Assembly (NCBI GenBank): GCA_051294375.1
Contig: CM119267.1
Location: 14,501,694 to 14,565,693, forward strand
Direction of reading: 5' to 3'
Source: Paraspadella gotoi
Taxonomy: Eukaryota > Animalia > Chaetognatha
Length of the DNA: 64,000 bases
The notes under the pieces are model-generated. The model ran no database searches, was not told where the DNA came from, and worked only from the letters and a program-made list of their open reading frames with translations. Shown here one piece after another: positions 48,596 to 60,141 of this stretch. Numbering within the stretch: the first letter of the stretch is position 1; the number at the start of each line of letters is the position of its first letter. Made by a program: the position numbers and the translations under genes.

Positions 48596-50499
48596 ATGGT
48601 CGGTTGTGAAGATGGTGGTTATGCGTGGATTTTTGCCGGATTAGCAGGTAGCTTATTTGATTCATTTGAAATTAAACAGCCCGTGTGACTTATTAAATTA
48701 AATCAAGCTTTTCTAACTTTGGCAAAAATTATTGAGAAGAAACTGCTGCGAAAGTATATTTGGGAAAGAAAGGGGGCACTCTCAGAAAAAGTGCCAGAAA
48801 CTCGCTTTAAAATAAATAAAATCCATGAAGGGTATAGGTTCCCAACTGATGACCTTCCCATTGTATAAACTTAAAAAATAAAAAATATTCAAAAAAGAAA
48901 TAATTAAAAAATAGGATAAAGAAAAAATAAATTTTTCTGTTCAGCCTCTTAGATCTTATGATTTTTCATTAATGACTTTCTAACAGAAATGATGTGTGAT
49001 ATCTATTAGAAAACTAGGACAGATAGTAATCTAACCTTGTGTTGTATAGATGCTCCCTCTATTTCCAGAAGACAACACTGACTTCCCCTTCCCAAATTGA
49101 ATTATTAGATAAATAAAACATTTTTAAAAAAGAAAGCAATATATGTTTAAATAAATAATATAGATTAAATACTAAATCCTTCATAAAAATATTAAAATAG
49201 AAAAATGAAAAATAGTGAAACAAGTAATTTACAAATTTTCATATATATAATGGGTAGGGAAGTGTGTGATTGAGCTGGATATAAAGCTTCGATGGAATCG
49301 TCCGAGTGGAAATGAGTTTAAATGGAAAAAAACAAAAAATATAATTCACTATTTGAACACCAATTGACCTAGAATTTTGTATGTGAGTAGGAAAGTGTGT
49401 GATTGAACAGGAAACCAGTTTCGATGGAATCGTTTGAGTGGAAATGAGTTTAATGGAAAAAAAAAACAAAAACCTGTTTCACTAATTGATTATGATTTTT
49501 TCCTTTTATATTAAATGTATATGCAGGATGTATTAATAAATCAAATAATTAATCAGTTAATTAATCAATTAGTCAATTAATTAATCACGAATTAATTAAT
49601 CAGTCAATCAATCCGTCCATCCATCCCAACTGAGCAAAAAGCCCAATAACTCGTGATTGGCTGGTTGGATCGGAATGAAATTTTGTGTATGGGTAGGAAC
49701 ATGTGTGATGAAGCTGGATATAAAGTTTCGACGGAATCGTGTGAGTGGATATGAGTTTAAATGGAAAAAACATAAGTCGCATTTACTAAAATCTTTTTAC
49801 TTATTTTAACCAATAAATATTTAATTAATCATAATTGGATGGATAGATTGAGTTCAAATTTTGTGTGTGGGTAGGAAAATGTGTGACGAAGCTTGACATA
49901 AAGTTTCGGTACGAGTGGAAATGAGTTTAAATGAAAAAAATATGAGTCACATTTACTTGACTCTTTTTACTTATTTTAACCCATTATAGATTGAGATGAA
50001 ATTTTGTGAGCGGGAAGGAAAGTTTGTGAAGAAGCTAGATATAAAGTTTTGACGGAATTGTGCCAGTGGAAATGAGTTTAAATGGAAAAAATATAAGTCA
50101 CATTTACTTTATTTTAAGGACATCGATGATGATAAGCTGTATATAAATTTATAATTAATTATTAAATATTAAAATTAATTAATTAATCGATTAATTAATT
50201 AATTTTCGTAGGCAGATCCGACATTGTTTGCTCAAACTTGTTTTAGAAAAGAATCGACTCCTACACTTTCACTTATATTTTTTTTAATTTAATTATTCAT
50301 AATTATTATATTTATTTAAAATCTTATGGATGAATTTAGACATTGTATTAATCCTTTCTTTTGTTGTTTGTTGAGATTAATTAAAAACGAAAATTTTCGT
50401 GGAACAACAATACAGTTTTTTATTAACTTTGGACATGTTTCGGCTTACAACTCAAGCCTTCATCAGCATTTGAAATCACAAATAATTTATTTCACAAAC

Positions 50500-50536
<37 letters not shown>

Positions 50537-53500
50537 CAACAAAGAATTTAGTAAAGGAAAGTGGTCAGATGTGAGGACAGGTGAAGATGAGGACAGGGAT
50601 GAAAAGGAGAGTGAATGTGAAATTGGTGAAAAGGGAGAGAGAGAGGGAGAGAGAGACACAGAGAGAGAGAGAAATAATAGTATACATTAGGCAATGTACA
50701 ACAAAGATAAATAGTATTATAAACTAGACATAACAAAGATTGAAATAAATTAAATTAGGCTGTTTGTGCATTTTTGAAATAGTGAAATATTGAAAATGAA
50801 ATGGAAAAGGATAGTTTGTGAGGGATAGTTAAGATAAAGAGGTAAGAGAAAAATAAGTAAAGAAAGAGCTCAAAATGAGCTGGTCCCCCCCCAGCCGGGC
50901 AAATGAGGGATATTACTGATGAATTTCGGTTCATAGGCCTGTCATAGGTTGAGAGAGTATTGTGGTGGAGTTAGTTAGGCTGGGATCTGGTAATGACCCA
51001 CCTGGAAAAATGCCCAGTGCCACTCGAATGTCTCTCTGACCTGATAAGCCTGCCGAATGCCCTCCTCTCACCTGACGGTGAGGCGGGCGATTGCCTGTTC
51101 TGGCCTGTTTTGGTACAGGAGATTCAGACTCCTCCCCCTCCTCCTGCAGCCGTCGTTTTGGGCGACGCTCGGTACGAGGAGAGTCGTGCCAAGTTGCTGC
51201 AGGCTTGGGTGAGGCATCAGGTATCCATTGCCTGCTGAGAGGTCTCAGCCTGACCCGTTGAGTGGGGACAGGGGAGTCACCGTGCGGCTGAGGTGGTGTT
51301 GGGTGCTCCACCACAGTTTTGATAAGCGAATCATAGCTTGGAGGGAGGTCGAATCGTCCTCCACGATTCAAAGAGGGCTCGAGGGCTTTGATGTAAATTG
51401 CCTCTCTAATACCTCTTGAGAACCAATTTTGGTCATGGGACAGCACGAGACAGTCTTCCTCTCTAAACAGAGTTGTAAGCCGAAACATGTCCAAAGGATG
51501 AATTTAGATAAAATGTTGATTTTGGTCGATTTCTTCTAAACCCATTGGCAAATTTTGACGCAACTTAAGATTTACATTATTCCAGTCATTCTCTATCCAA
51601 AAATATAAAAATATTATGAAACAAGTTTGAGCAAACAATGTCGGATCTCTTGGTAGGTTCCAGTCGGCAAAAGTAAAATTATGCCAAATAATCTTTTTAT
51701 CAGAACATTTACTCAATACTAATTGTAATTTACAGGTCTTTATATGAGCTTTGACGTGGCATATTATCTACGCGGCGCTTGTTCGATGGTGGCTTGGACG
51801 CTCATTCCATGGATGAGAGGCGTTCGTATTTTGACGTACCGAGAATTGCGCCAGTCTTTGCTGACACCGTCATTGACGAGCGGCCTTTGTTGGTTCACTG
51901 ATCTCGACTTCATGTTCCATATGAACAACGCCCGTTATCTCAGAGAGTGCGACTTTGCTCGATTCAAGCTATTTTCTTCAGTGGGCATTGGAATCGCGCT
52001 TAGACGCACTGGTTACTCTATGGTTTTAGGTGAGCGAAAGTGTAACCAAAAAAAATGAAATACAGAGTGTCTCAAGCGTACTGTCACTTTACAAATAAGC
52101 GCTGTATCAAATTGGTAAGGTAAATTTTTATTTGATTGAAAGATAAGTTCATACAGTTGTTTTTGGTATCTATATTATCATGTTTATTTGTATTTTTATT
52201 GACATAATGCAAATTTCAAATGAAAGGAAATTTTGTTTTGACAGTTGATCAAAAGATTTTGGTAGTATCAAATTTATAAAGTAGTCCTGCTTTTAGTAAA
52301 AAATATAATTTTACATATTATATTACAGTAGGCCACTATGTTTATTATGCCCTTGCCTAAGATTTTTGTAATTTGGAAATGATTGACGATGATGATAATG
52401 ATTTCAGAAGAGAAGATGCAAAGAATGATTACGAAGATAATTTGTTTTTATAGCCACTCATTAAGTTTACCTTCCGGAAAATGATGAACGCTACAAATTT
52501 AGTCTCCATGATTCAGCATTTGATGGTAAATGCATAGAGTATATTTTACTGCTAAAACTATTTTTCAGCTGACTGCTGCTTTACTAATGTAATTGGCTCT
52601 GTCAAACCAACTGCATGTCTGTAACAATCTATCAATAAAAACCAATCGAATACTCTCAAATCCGGAAGGACTATTGCAAAATTCTGTCAGGAAAGGCCTG
52701 TGACCATCACTGTACCATGGCGACATATTATTATTTAACTTAGTAGGTGAAAAAAAAAATCTTTTGGGTAGTTGGAAAGATTTGAATATTTTAAAATTGA
52801 CAACAATTATTTTCGACATTGGCTTTGAGTGCTGATAAAATGTGATATAATAGTTTGATTTTAAAAATAAAGATTTCATATAAAAGTTAGCAGATTCGAA
52901 AACGAAAGTTTTAGTATTTTTACAACGATTTATTACAAAGTATTGGACATGTTTCGACTCTTGTTTTCGAGTCTTCATCAGCAAAATGCTTTCGTTTACG
53001 AATCTGCTATCTTATTGAACAACGAAAAGAGAGAAAAATTACACAATGTCTACATATAAAAGTTAAAACTGTAAGAACTTCAGGATCCAACTGTCAGGAA
53101 CAAACTCTTGTGGAATCTCGATTGGATCTTNNNNNNNNNNNNNNNNATTAATAAAAAATCATAATATCTAAGAGGCTGAACAGAAATGGGAATGGATAAT
53201 TTTTTGAGAGGGGACCAAAGTTATATATGATTTTTTTAACAATAGGGATAAGACTACCATGTAGAATTGTATGTTCTGATAGGGATACATACTGGGGAAA
53301 GGTCTATAGGGGCACCTTTATGTCATGAACATAATTTTAAACTACTTGAATGAAAATTATACTATTTCTTCTTTATCCAACATTTTAATTATTTCTCTAT
53401 TGAATATTTTTTTATCTTTTATGTTTATACAATGGGAAGGTCATCAGTTGGGAACCTATACCCTATACCCTATACTCTATACCTATACCCTATACCCTAC

Positions 53501-56500
53501 ACCCTATACCAGACGGCAACCTTTCAGGTTTTTATCATTCCGGAGATGGTGTGTTTCCATTTTCTTTTTCCTCCTATAAAAGGAACCGTGTAAGGGTAGT
53601 ACTATATAATAAATATATATGANNNNNNNNNNNNNNNNNNNNNNNNNNNNNNNNNNNNNNNNNNNNNNNNNNNNNNNNNNNNNNNNNNNNNNNNNNNNNN
53701 NNNNNNNNNNNNNNNNNNNNNNNNNNNNNNNNNNNNNNNNNNNNNNNNNNNNNNNNNNNNNNNNNNNNNNNNNNNNNNNNNNNNNNNNNNNNNNNNNNNN
53801 NNNNNNNNNNNNTGAGCAAACGAAAAACATAATAAAATAGAGAGAAAAAAAATGGTTAATTAAATAAAATGTTATGGTGGACTAATCCACCAACCGTTCA
53901 TCAGCGGCCTTTGGTACCGGAGGCAAGTCTTTTGCCTTCCCATCCAAAGGTCTGGGGTTCTAGCCTGGTGGTTGCCTAGCAGTTAAGAGGGACGGGGCGC
54001 TTAACCNNNNNNNNNNNNNNNNNNNNNNNNNNNNNNNNNNNNNNNNNNNNNNNNNNNNNNNNNNNNNNNNNNNNNNNNNNNNNNNNNNNNNNNNNNNNNN
54101 NNNNNNNNNNNNNNNNNNNNNNNNNNNNNNNNNNNNNNNNNNNNNNNNNNNNNNNNNNNNNNNNNNNNNNNNNNNNNNNNNNNNNNNNNNNNNNNNNNNN
54201 NNNNNNNNNNNNNNNNNNNNNNNNNNNNNNNNNNNNNNNNNNNNNNNNNNNNNNNNNNNNNNNNNNNNNNNNNNNNNNNNNNNNNNNNNNNNNNNNNNNN
54301 NNNNNNNNNNNNNNNNNNNNNNNNNNTCTGAAGAACAGTATTTTTCATTGTATAGATCCATGAGATAAAGGTTTTCTTACAATTATTAAAAATTGTAGAT
54401 AGGGTCGTGGTATTCAAACATACTCTTAAGTTCTCACAAACATCGATTATATCAAAAAAAATTTTGGACACCATCATTATATAATATATATAATATGTCA
54501 TTATCTTGTAAGAGTGATGGAGGCCTTAAACCACCAAAGCCTGTCCAAAGTCAGGGGCAAGATAGCTTATTTATTAAATGATGGATAATTTTTATATTGG
54601 TTGTACCAATTTCATAAATTCAGCTCCTTGTATTTTGATGCTAGTGCGGGAGTACAATAAGTATCCCCGATCTAATACTTAAGGGAGTGGTCTTTTCATA
54701 CAATTGAAACATTCTTTGAAATATTTTCCACTTCATTGATAGGGAAGCCAGGTACTCTGGGAGTGAATAAACGGGACTGTGAGAGAGTCTTGATTGAAAG
54801 CTTGCAGGGACCTGCTATGTCATTATCTTGTAAGAGTGATGGAGGCCTTAAACCACCAAAGCCTGTCCAAAGTCAGGGGCAAGATAGCTTATTTATTAAA
54901 TGAATGGATAATTTTATATTGTTGTACCAATTTCATATAATATATATATCATATATACAAAATATATACAAAATAAGCTGACTGGGCTACAATATACAGT
55001 AATATTGTACAATGTAAAGTATATTATACATATAAAAAATAACTACTGATTAGTATTCACTAATATTATAGATTTCAAGATATATCTGCTAAATTTTGAT
55101 TCCAAACTTTCACTTCACCCTGCTGTATATTGTTTCAGACTTTTGTATTTTGAGTTTTAAAGTAGGAGTCTACGTCGTTCTTAGAAATCGAGGAAGACTT
55201 TTTCAATGGAGATTTTCGTTAAATCTGTCTACCAAATAATGTCAACGCCCCTGGGAAAATTCAGGTAAAAAATAGATGTAAAAACACTCGATTCCGATCC
55301 TGTTGCATCTGAAGGGCTCGCATTTTTTTTCTCTTGACAAAATACCATCATTTTGACATTGAACCACTTCGATTCAAATTGACTGGTCCGCTCGGGAAAA
55401 TATTTTTGACGCAATTTTTTATATAAAATAAAGGGATTTCTCCCTTCAATACAATGTCAACGCATTTAAGGTATGTTGTCATTTTACAATAAACTTCGAA
55501 TTCAGGAATATGATAGCAATATGTCTGAAGGGCTCTCAAAATTTTTTACTTTTCATTTGGTTATTTAATATGATACGATCATGTTAATAGTGAATTAGTC
55601 CATTTTGGAAAATTTTTATTTAAAGTATAAGTAAAAGAAGAGCTAACAATCGGAATTCTAAGAGTTTTCAACCGGGACACAGGGATCCAAATGACCTTAA
55701 TTTCCGGATAAACCTCTCTTTTTTGGCAAAAAAACTTTTTCTCGTATGCTGATTATCATATATGCCCTCTGAGGTTGTTAGAAACGTTTCAGATAATTAA
55801 AAGTGATTTGAAAAAATAGAAAAAAAAATTCATTTACCGCCAAATTTGGTTCTTAAAGAAATCATTTATGGTAGTTGAACAACTTTTGATTATAATTTTT
55901 GATATTAAAAGAAATTGACCCAACTTAATATTTTTTCTTTATTATATTATAAGTAATAGGTGTAATATTGCTAAATATAAAATCATTAATTTAATCTTTT
56001 TAAAAGTGCGTTAAGCAAATTAAGTTCGGAAATACGGTCAAAGAAAAGAATCATATGGTATTTCTGAAGAATATCGAATTCTTTTTTATTATTTTTTGAA
56101 CGAAAAGCATTTTTAAATTTCTCAAAGGGCGGACAAATGCGGATGAGATTTAATTAATAACTGATTAGTAATAAGATGTATCATTAGGAACTAAATCTGG
56201 TTGATTGAAATCGGTTGAAATTCGATGAGTTTTTACTATGTTTTTCATATCATACATAGTGACATAATATAAAAATCTTTTTTTATTTGTTAACAAACTA
56301 GACAAAAAGCTATATTCATAACAAAGTCAAATAATTTTTCTCTTCCACCCATCTGGGTGAAACAAACCTCTCAAAGACTCACCCGAAATAGAGATTTGCT
56401 TATAACTTGAGAAAGAATAATTTTTGGAAACTGTTATCTTACATAAGACTTTGTACCATTACTATGGAAAGACTGAATATGCATTTATGCCCGTATGTTC

Positions 56501-57212
56501 AGGTGGCTTTATCCGGTTTTAATTTTTTTTTGGATCACTGTCGGGAGTCAGATTCGGAAAAAATCTTTATATGGCGAAAATCTTCCAAAGAAGGTGGATT
56601 TTCCAAAGATTTTGGTTAAATTTTCTATATTTATAGTCGGATTTTTTTGAAACTTAAAAATAGCAATATTGCCATCATTCTACATTGGCCGGTCAAGAAT
56701 ATATTAAAAAACTCTGCTTTTTTCGTCAGAGCTTAGTCCTATTTAAAGGTGTAGCTAGCATTTGTAGTTATTTTTTTTAGCTTCGTACCTTTTACTAAAT
56801 ATGTAAAAACCATTCAGGTGCATCCACCATTCGGTATCGCAGGTCGTTGGGCCTATTCGATCGCTTTACTGTTTCCACGCGAGTTCTCGGTTGGGACGCG
56901 AAGAATTTCTATATCGAGCACAAGTTTCATCGCGTTAGTGACGGATTTGTTTGCGCCATCGTCCTGATCAAACAGTCACTCGCGCGCGGCGATGTTCCTC
57001 ACCTATTGAAGGCTGCAGTCCTCGCCAAGGGTGGGCTTTTTGACGACCGTCTCGATGTACTCGGCGACAGCCCCGAGTTTCCCGATGAACTGCATCTATG
57101 GAACCAGAGCAACGAGGTTTCCAGTCAAAAGCTAAATCCGAAAAAGATTCTCGCCGAAGAGACGGCAGCTCCGTTTACCGACGTTGTCCCCGAGAGTAGG
57201 CTCAATTTTTGA
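48596..57212 (+). CDS. THEM6: THEM6-like thioesterase; exons 48596-48647 (predicted), 51736-52029, 56818-57212
   Basis: Motifs DLDFMFHMNNARYLRECDFAR, IRYRRSL...TRVLGWD...FYIEHKF...DGFVCA and PEFPDELHLW...NEVSSQKL. Phase-1 junctions are compatible. Exon 1 is less certain. Confidence 0.88.
48830..48960 (+). repeat. Dispersed repeat end with an inverted copy at about 53160-53470
   Basis: GGGTATAGGTTCCCAACTGATGACCTTCCCATTGTATAAAC and TTTCTGTTCAGCCTCTTAGAT recur as reverse complements. Confidence 0.75.
49240..50150. repeat. Array of five related units (GGGTAGGAAAGTGTGTGA...GAGTGGAAATGAGTTTAAATGGAAAAAA)
   Basis: Units lie near 49250, 49385, 49690, 49868 and 50010. 50121-50150 is the reverse complement of 16513-16542. 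Confidence 0.8.
50214..51648 (-). mobile_element. 5'-truncated Penelope-like retroelement: GIY-YIG C-terminal fragment, pLTR with hammerhead, inverted ends
   Basis: ORF 50931-51494(-) has VLSHDQNWFSRGIREAIYIKALEPSLNRGG, typical of the end of the PLE endonuclease. The pLTR lies at about 50330-50890. Inverted repeats are 50214-50243/51619-51648 and 50427-50453/51470-51496. Confidence 0.8.
50432..50466 (-). ncRNA. Minimal type I hammerhead ribozyme, stem II variant
   Basis: Minus strand reads tg-CTGATGA-A-GGCTT-gagttgt-AAGCC-GAAA-CATGTC-ca. Confidence 0.8.
52946..52981 (-). ncRNA. Minimal type I hammerhead ribozyme
   Basis: Minus strand reads ttg-CTGATGA-A-GACTC-gaaaacaa-GAGTC-GAAA-CATGTC-caa. 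Confidence 0.75.
53905..54006 (+). mobile_element. Possible tRNA-derived SINE head (truncated by a gap)
   Basis: A-box-like TGGTACCGGAGG and B-box-like GGTTCTAGCC with tRNA-like spacing, in a GC-rich island between gaps. Confidence 0.35.
54495..54937. repeat. About 120-bp direct repeats flanking an about 200-bp spacer
   Basis: ATGTCATTATCTTGTAAGAG...GTACCAATTTCATA at 54495-54616 and 54818-54937. Confidence 0.85.
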
Positions 57213-57670
57213 GTTTTGTTCACAAAATGGAGCGGGTCATATTTGTTTATATCATTATGAAAAATAGTAGAAAGTAAAAGCACATCATCATAATATTGGT
57301 GTTTGCGAATTTAATTTGATAGCCATTTTGTGAACAAGCTTTTGGCAATAATTGTATCGAGAGAAAAATTTGACAAGTTCTACTCCCTGTGTTCGACCCC
57401 AAGTGAAAACATATATTCCTACCCGGAAAATACGAAATTGAAGGACACGCCGCTAAAATTAGAAATTGGATTTATTACCCCGGTACAAGGTCTTTGTTCA
57501 CATTTTTTAAAAAACGGTCTCGTTTCTATCTCAATTTTTATTTACTATACTTTAATTAATTTAACAACTATTTCTGATATTTCAGATTTTTCGAATATAA
57601 GTTGTAATATAAGTAATATAAGTTGTATCGCAACCGTCAGAGTGTGATCAAAGTCCTTTCTTTCGCGTGA

Positions 57671-58714
57671 GGTAATTTCAACAGTCATTGTTCAAGCGGT
57701 ACGCAATCTGAGCGTTTATCTTCTCTCTCTCGTCTCGAAAGAGTTTCCAACGAAGCGAGATTTCTCAGTAACGAAAGCAGAGCTCGTCGCAAATCACGTG
57801 ACAAAGTTGTTCCATCAACTCCTTGTTTTACGGGAAGTGATGGTTATATCGATGACGATTACTTCGACAGTTCATTCTCAATCGCTGCCGACAGATTTCA
57901 GTATTCTTCGTTTCCCGGGGTGAGACATGGCGATGAGGGCCTTCGACCCCAGAACCCTCTCGGTTGCGGCGTCGATTGCGAATCGTCGGGCGAAGCTAAA
58001 AGCGTCCCGATAGTCACAGTGGACGAGATTTTCTCACGCCGTAAAAAACCGCGAGACTCTGACGAAGAAGGATCGATATCGAGCCGAGAGAGAGACGAGC
58101 GCCCTCGTCGTCATCGTCTTATCTCCCGAGAAATTAGCGACAACCGACGTGATGGATCACAAATTATCTCCAAACAGGGAAATCAAACTTCTTTTTTGTT
58201 GTCTTATCCATCGCTCAACGTGGAGAACGAGTCGGGCAGAAACGGTAGCGATGGTCGAGAATCGCAGTTTTTGATGACTCATGGAGCGTTGGACCGCAAG
58301 GAGCGGAGATTGTCGGACAAAGTTTCGGTGGTAGATTGCGCCAACCAGACCTCGTTTTTGACGTATCCTTCTTTGGAATCTGACGAGGAGCTCCTGTTGA
58401 AATCGAGTGACGAGGGTCTCTCCGAAATTCGGCGTCGTCGATCCCTGAGAGGCTTCCGTCGGGAAGCGAAGGTGCCGCACGGAACTCAGGCGATGTTCGA
58501 AAAGGGCAAAAGATCAAATTCCGGCTCCGTGAGAGAGAAATCGACAGAGAATTCACGCCCGGAAAGATTGGTGGACGAGTTGCGAGGCAAGTGCCGAAGG
58601 GCGAGGAAAAGGCTAGAAAGCGGCTCCTGTCACTCTCCCTGCGACGTTTGGACGCCGACCGGGGACGCGGTTCGAAAAGATTTGATGGTTAGACAGGGTA
58701 CCAAAATCCGTTAA
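57671..58714 (+). CDS. Orphan Ser/Arg/Glu-rich reading frame, probably an exon of an unknown gene
   Basis: Stop-free frame of about 347 codons with exon-like GC content and an internal repeat, NQTSFL(L)(S/T)YPSL. There is no early in-frame ATG. Confidence 0.4.
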   Translation, partial: GNFNSHCSSGTQSERLSSLSRLERVSNEARFLSNESRARRKSRDKVVPSTPCFTGSDGYIDDDYFDSSFSIAADRFQYSSFPGVRHGDEGLRPQNPLGCGVDCESSGEAKSVPIVTVDEIFSRRKKPRDSDEEGSISSRERDERPRRHRLISREISDNRRDGSQIISKQGNQTSFLLSYPSLNVENESGRNGSDGRESQFLMTHGALDRKERRLSDKVSVVDCANQTSFLTYPSLESDEELLLKSSDEGLSEIRRRRSLRGFRREAKVPHGTQAMFEKGKRSNSGSVREKSTENSRPERLVDELRGKCRRARKRLESGSCHSPCDVWTPTGDAVRKDLMVRQGTKIR

Positions 58715-58927
58715 GTTGCGAAATTCTTTCGAAACGACGGTGCTGAAGAAACTCTCCCCTCCCACCACTATTCCAGTATTGTATCTCATAACCTCTGTGA
58801 TAACGTATTATTGTGATGGCATTTTAGGTATATTTTTCTCATTTTCTCAATGAATTTAAATAATATAGATAAACATAAACGTTAAGCATTTAAATGAAAC
58901 CCACTTCTATGAAATAGAACTTTTGTT

Positions 58928-59534
58928 ATGATCGATTGCCACGCTCACCTCGCCGACGAAGCGTTTGCGGCAGATCTTGACCGCATTGTTTCTGATGCCA
59001 AGGACGCCGGTGTTATCGCTTGCGTGGTCGTCGCAGAAAATCACAACGAATTCCAAAGGGTTCTAGACATTTGCGAAAATCATGTCGGATTTCTGTATCC
59101 ATGCTTCGGCCTACATCCAGCCCAACCCATCAGAGATGAGGTGCTTTAACGATTTTTTCCGATTGTTATATATAATTGTATTATTAATTATTATTATCGT
59201 TGTTTTAGTGAACTAATGACAAGTGAACATTTTTTTAGACGAACCAAGTGATTGGTTCACGAAGCACGGATGCCCTCAACGACGGTCTTGACGAAGTGCT
59301 CATTTCGATTCGACTTCATCGTGATCGACTGGTGGGTGTGGGCGAGGTTGGCCTAGACTTTTCCCCACGTATCTGTTCTCGCGGAGAGACCGACAAAGTT
59401 TCGCAGAGGGAGGCTTTGACGAAACAGGCGCTCGTCGCTCTCGAGTGCGAGCTTCCACTGAACGTTCATTCCCGATCAGCGGGCAAACCAACGCTGAATT
59501 TGCTAAAGGTTTGATGCTGGGTTGGCAAAAACCT

Positions 59535-59568
<34 letters not shown>

Positions 59569-60081
59569 GTACATTGATGGCAAAAAAATAATCTTTTTAA
59601 GATATTAACTTAACTTTTTAATTTTGGCATTGAGATTAATGTTATTATTACTTAGGAAATTGGTGTTAATTCTGCTGTGCTACACGCTTTTGACGGAAAC
59701 GACAAATCTGCCCGGATTGGCATAAAACAAGGATATTATTTTTCTGTTCCTCCTTCCATTGTGCGTAGCGACCAGAAGTCCAAACTCGTTCTAAACACTC
59801 CTCTGACGCAATTGCTGTTAGAATCTGATTCTCCGGCTTTGGGTGAATTTAAATTTTCTTATGCTCACGTTGATTGTTTTTTTGTCTATTTGGAAGAAAT
59901 CGTATTGACTCGGAAATTTTTAGGTCCGGTTAAAGACGGAAGGAACGAGCCAAAGAATGTGAAACTATCTTGTGAATATATTGCAAAATTAAAAGGCTTG
60001 ACTGTAGATCAAGTGGCACAAGCAACTACTGAAAACGCCCTTCGCCTTTTTCCTAAACTCAAATCAATTGTTAAAAATTAA
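58928..60081 (+). CDS. TATDN3: TatD-family DNase 3; exons 58928-59140, 59239-59508, 59656-59842, 59924-60081
   Basis: Motifs IDCHAHL, PCFGLHPAQ, GVGEVGLDFSP, LPLNVHSRSAG, LHAFDG, SVPPSIVRS, LESDSPALG|P and RNEPKN. Confidence 0.93.
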
Positions 60082-60141
60082 CTGTAAGCTGGAAAATCTG
60101 TGGCATTAGCAATGTTTATTGTTTATGTATTTAACTGTAGA

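Noticed and set aside
48846-48875. CTGATGA as a hammerhead or C/D-box motif (also 53440 and 53901 on the minus strand, and 15672)
   Set aside because: No stem II followed by GAAAC...GTC, and no convincing C/D terminal stem.
53905-53975. Functional tRNA gene
   Set aside because: The boxes are degenerate and no full cloverleaf could be built, so it is kept only as a possible SINE head.
53504-54501. ORFs containing X runs
   Set aside because: Artefacts of the N gaps at 53623-53812 and 54007-54326.
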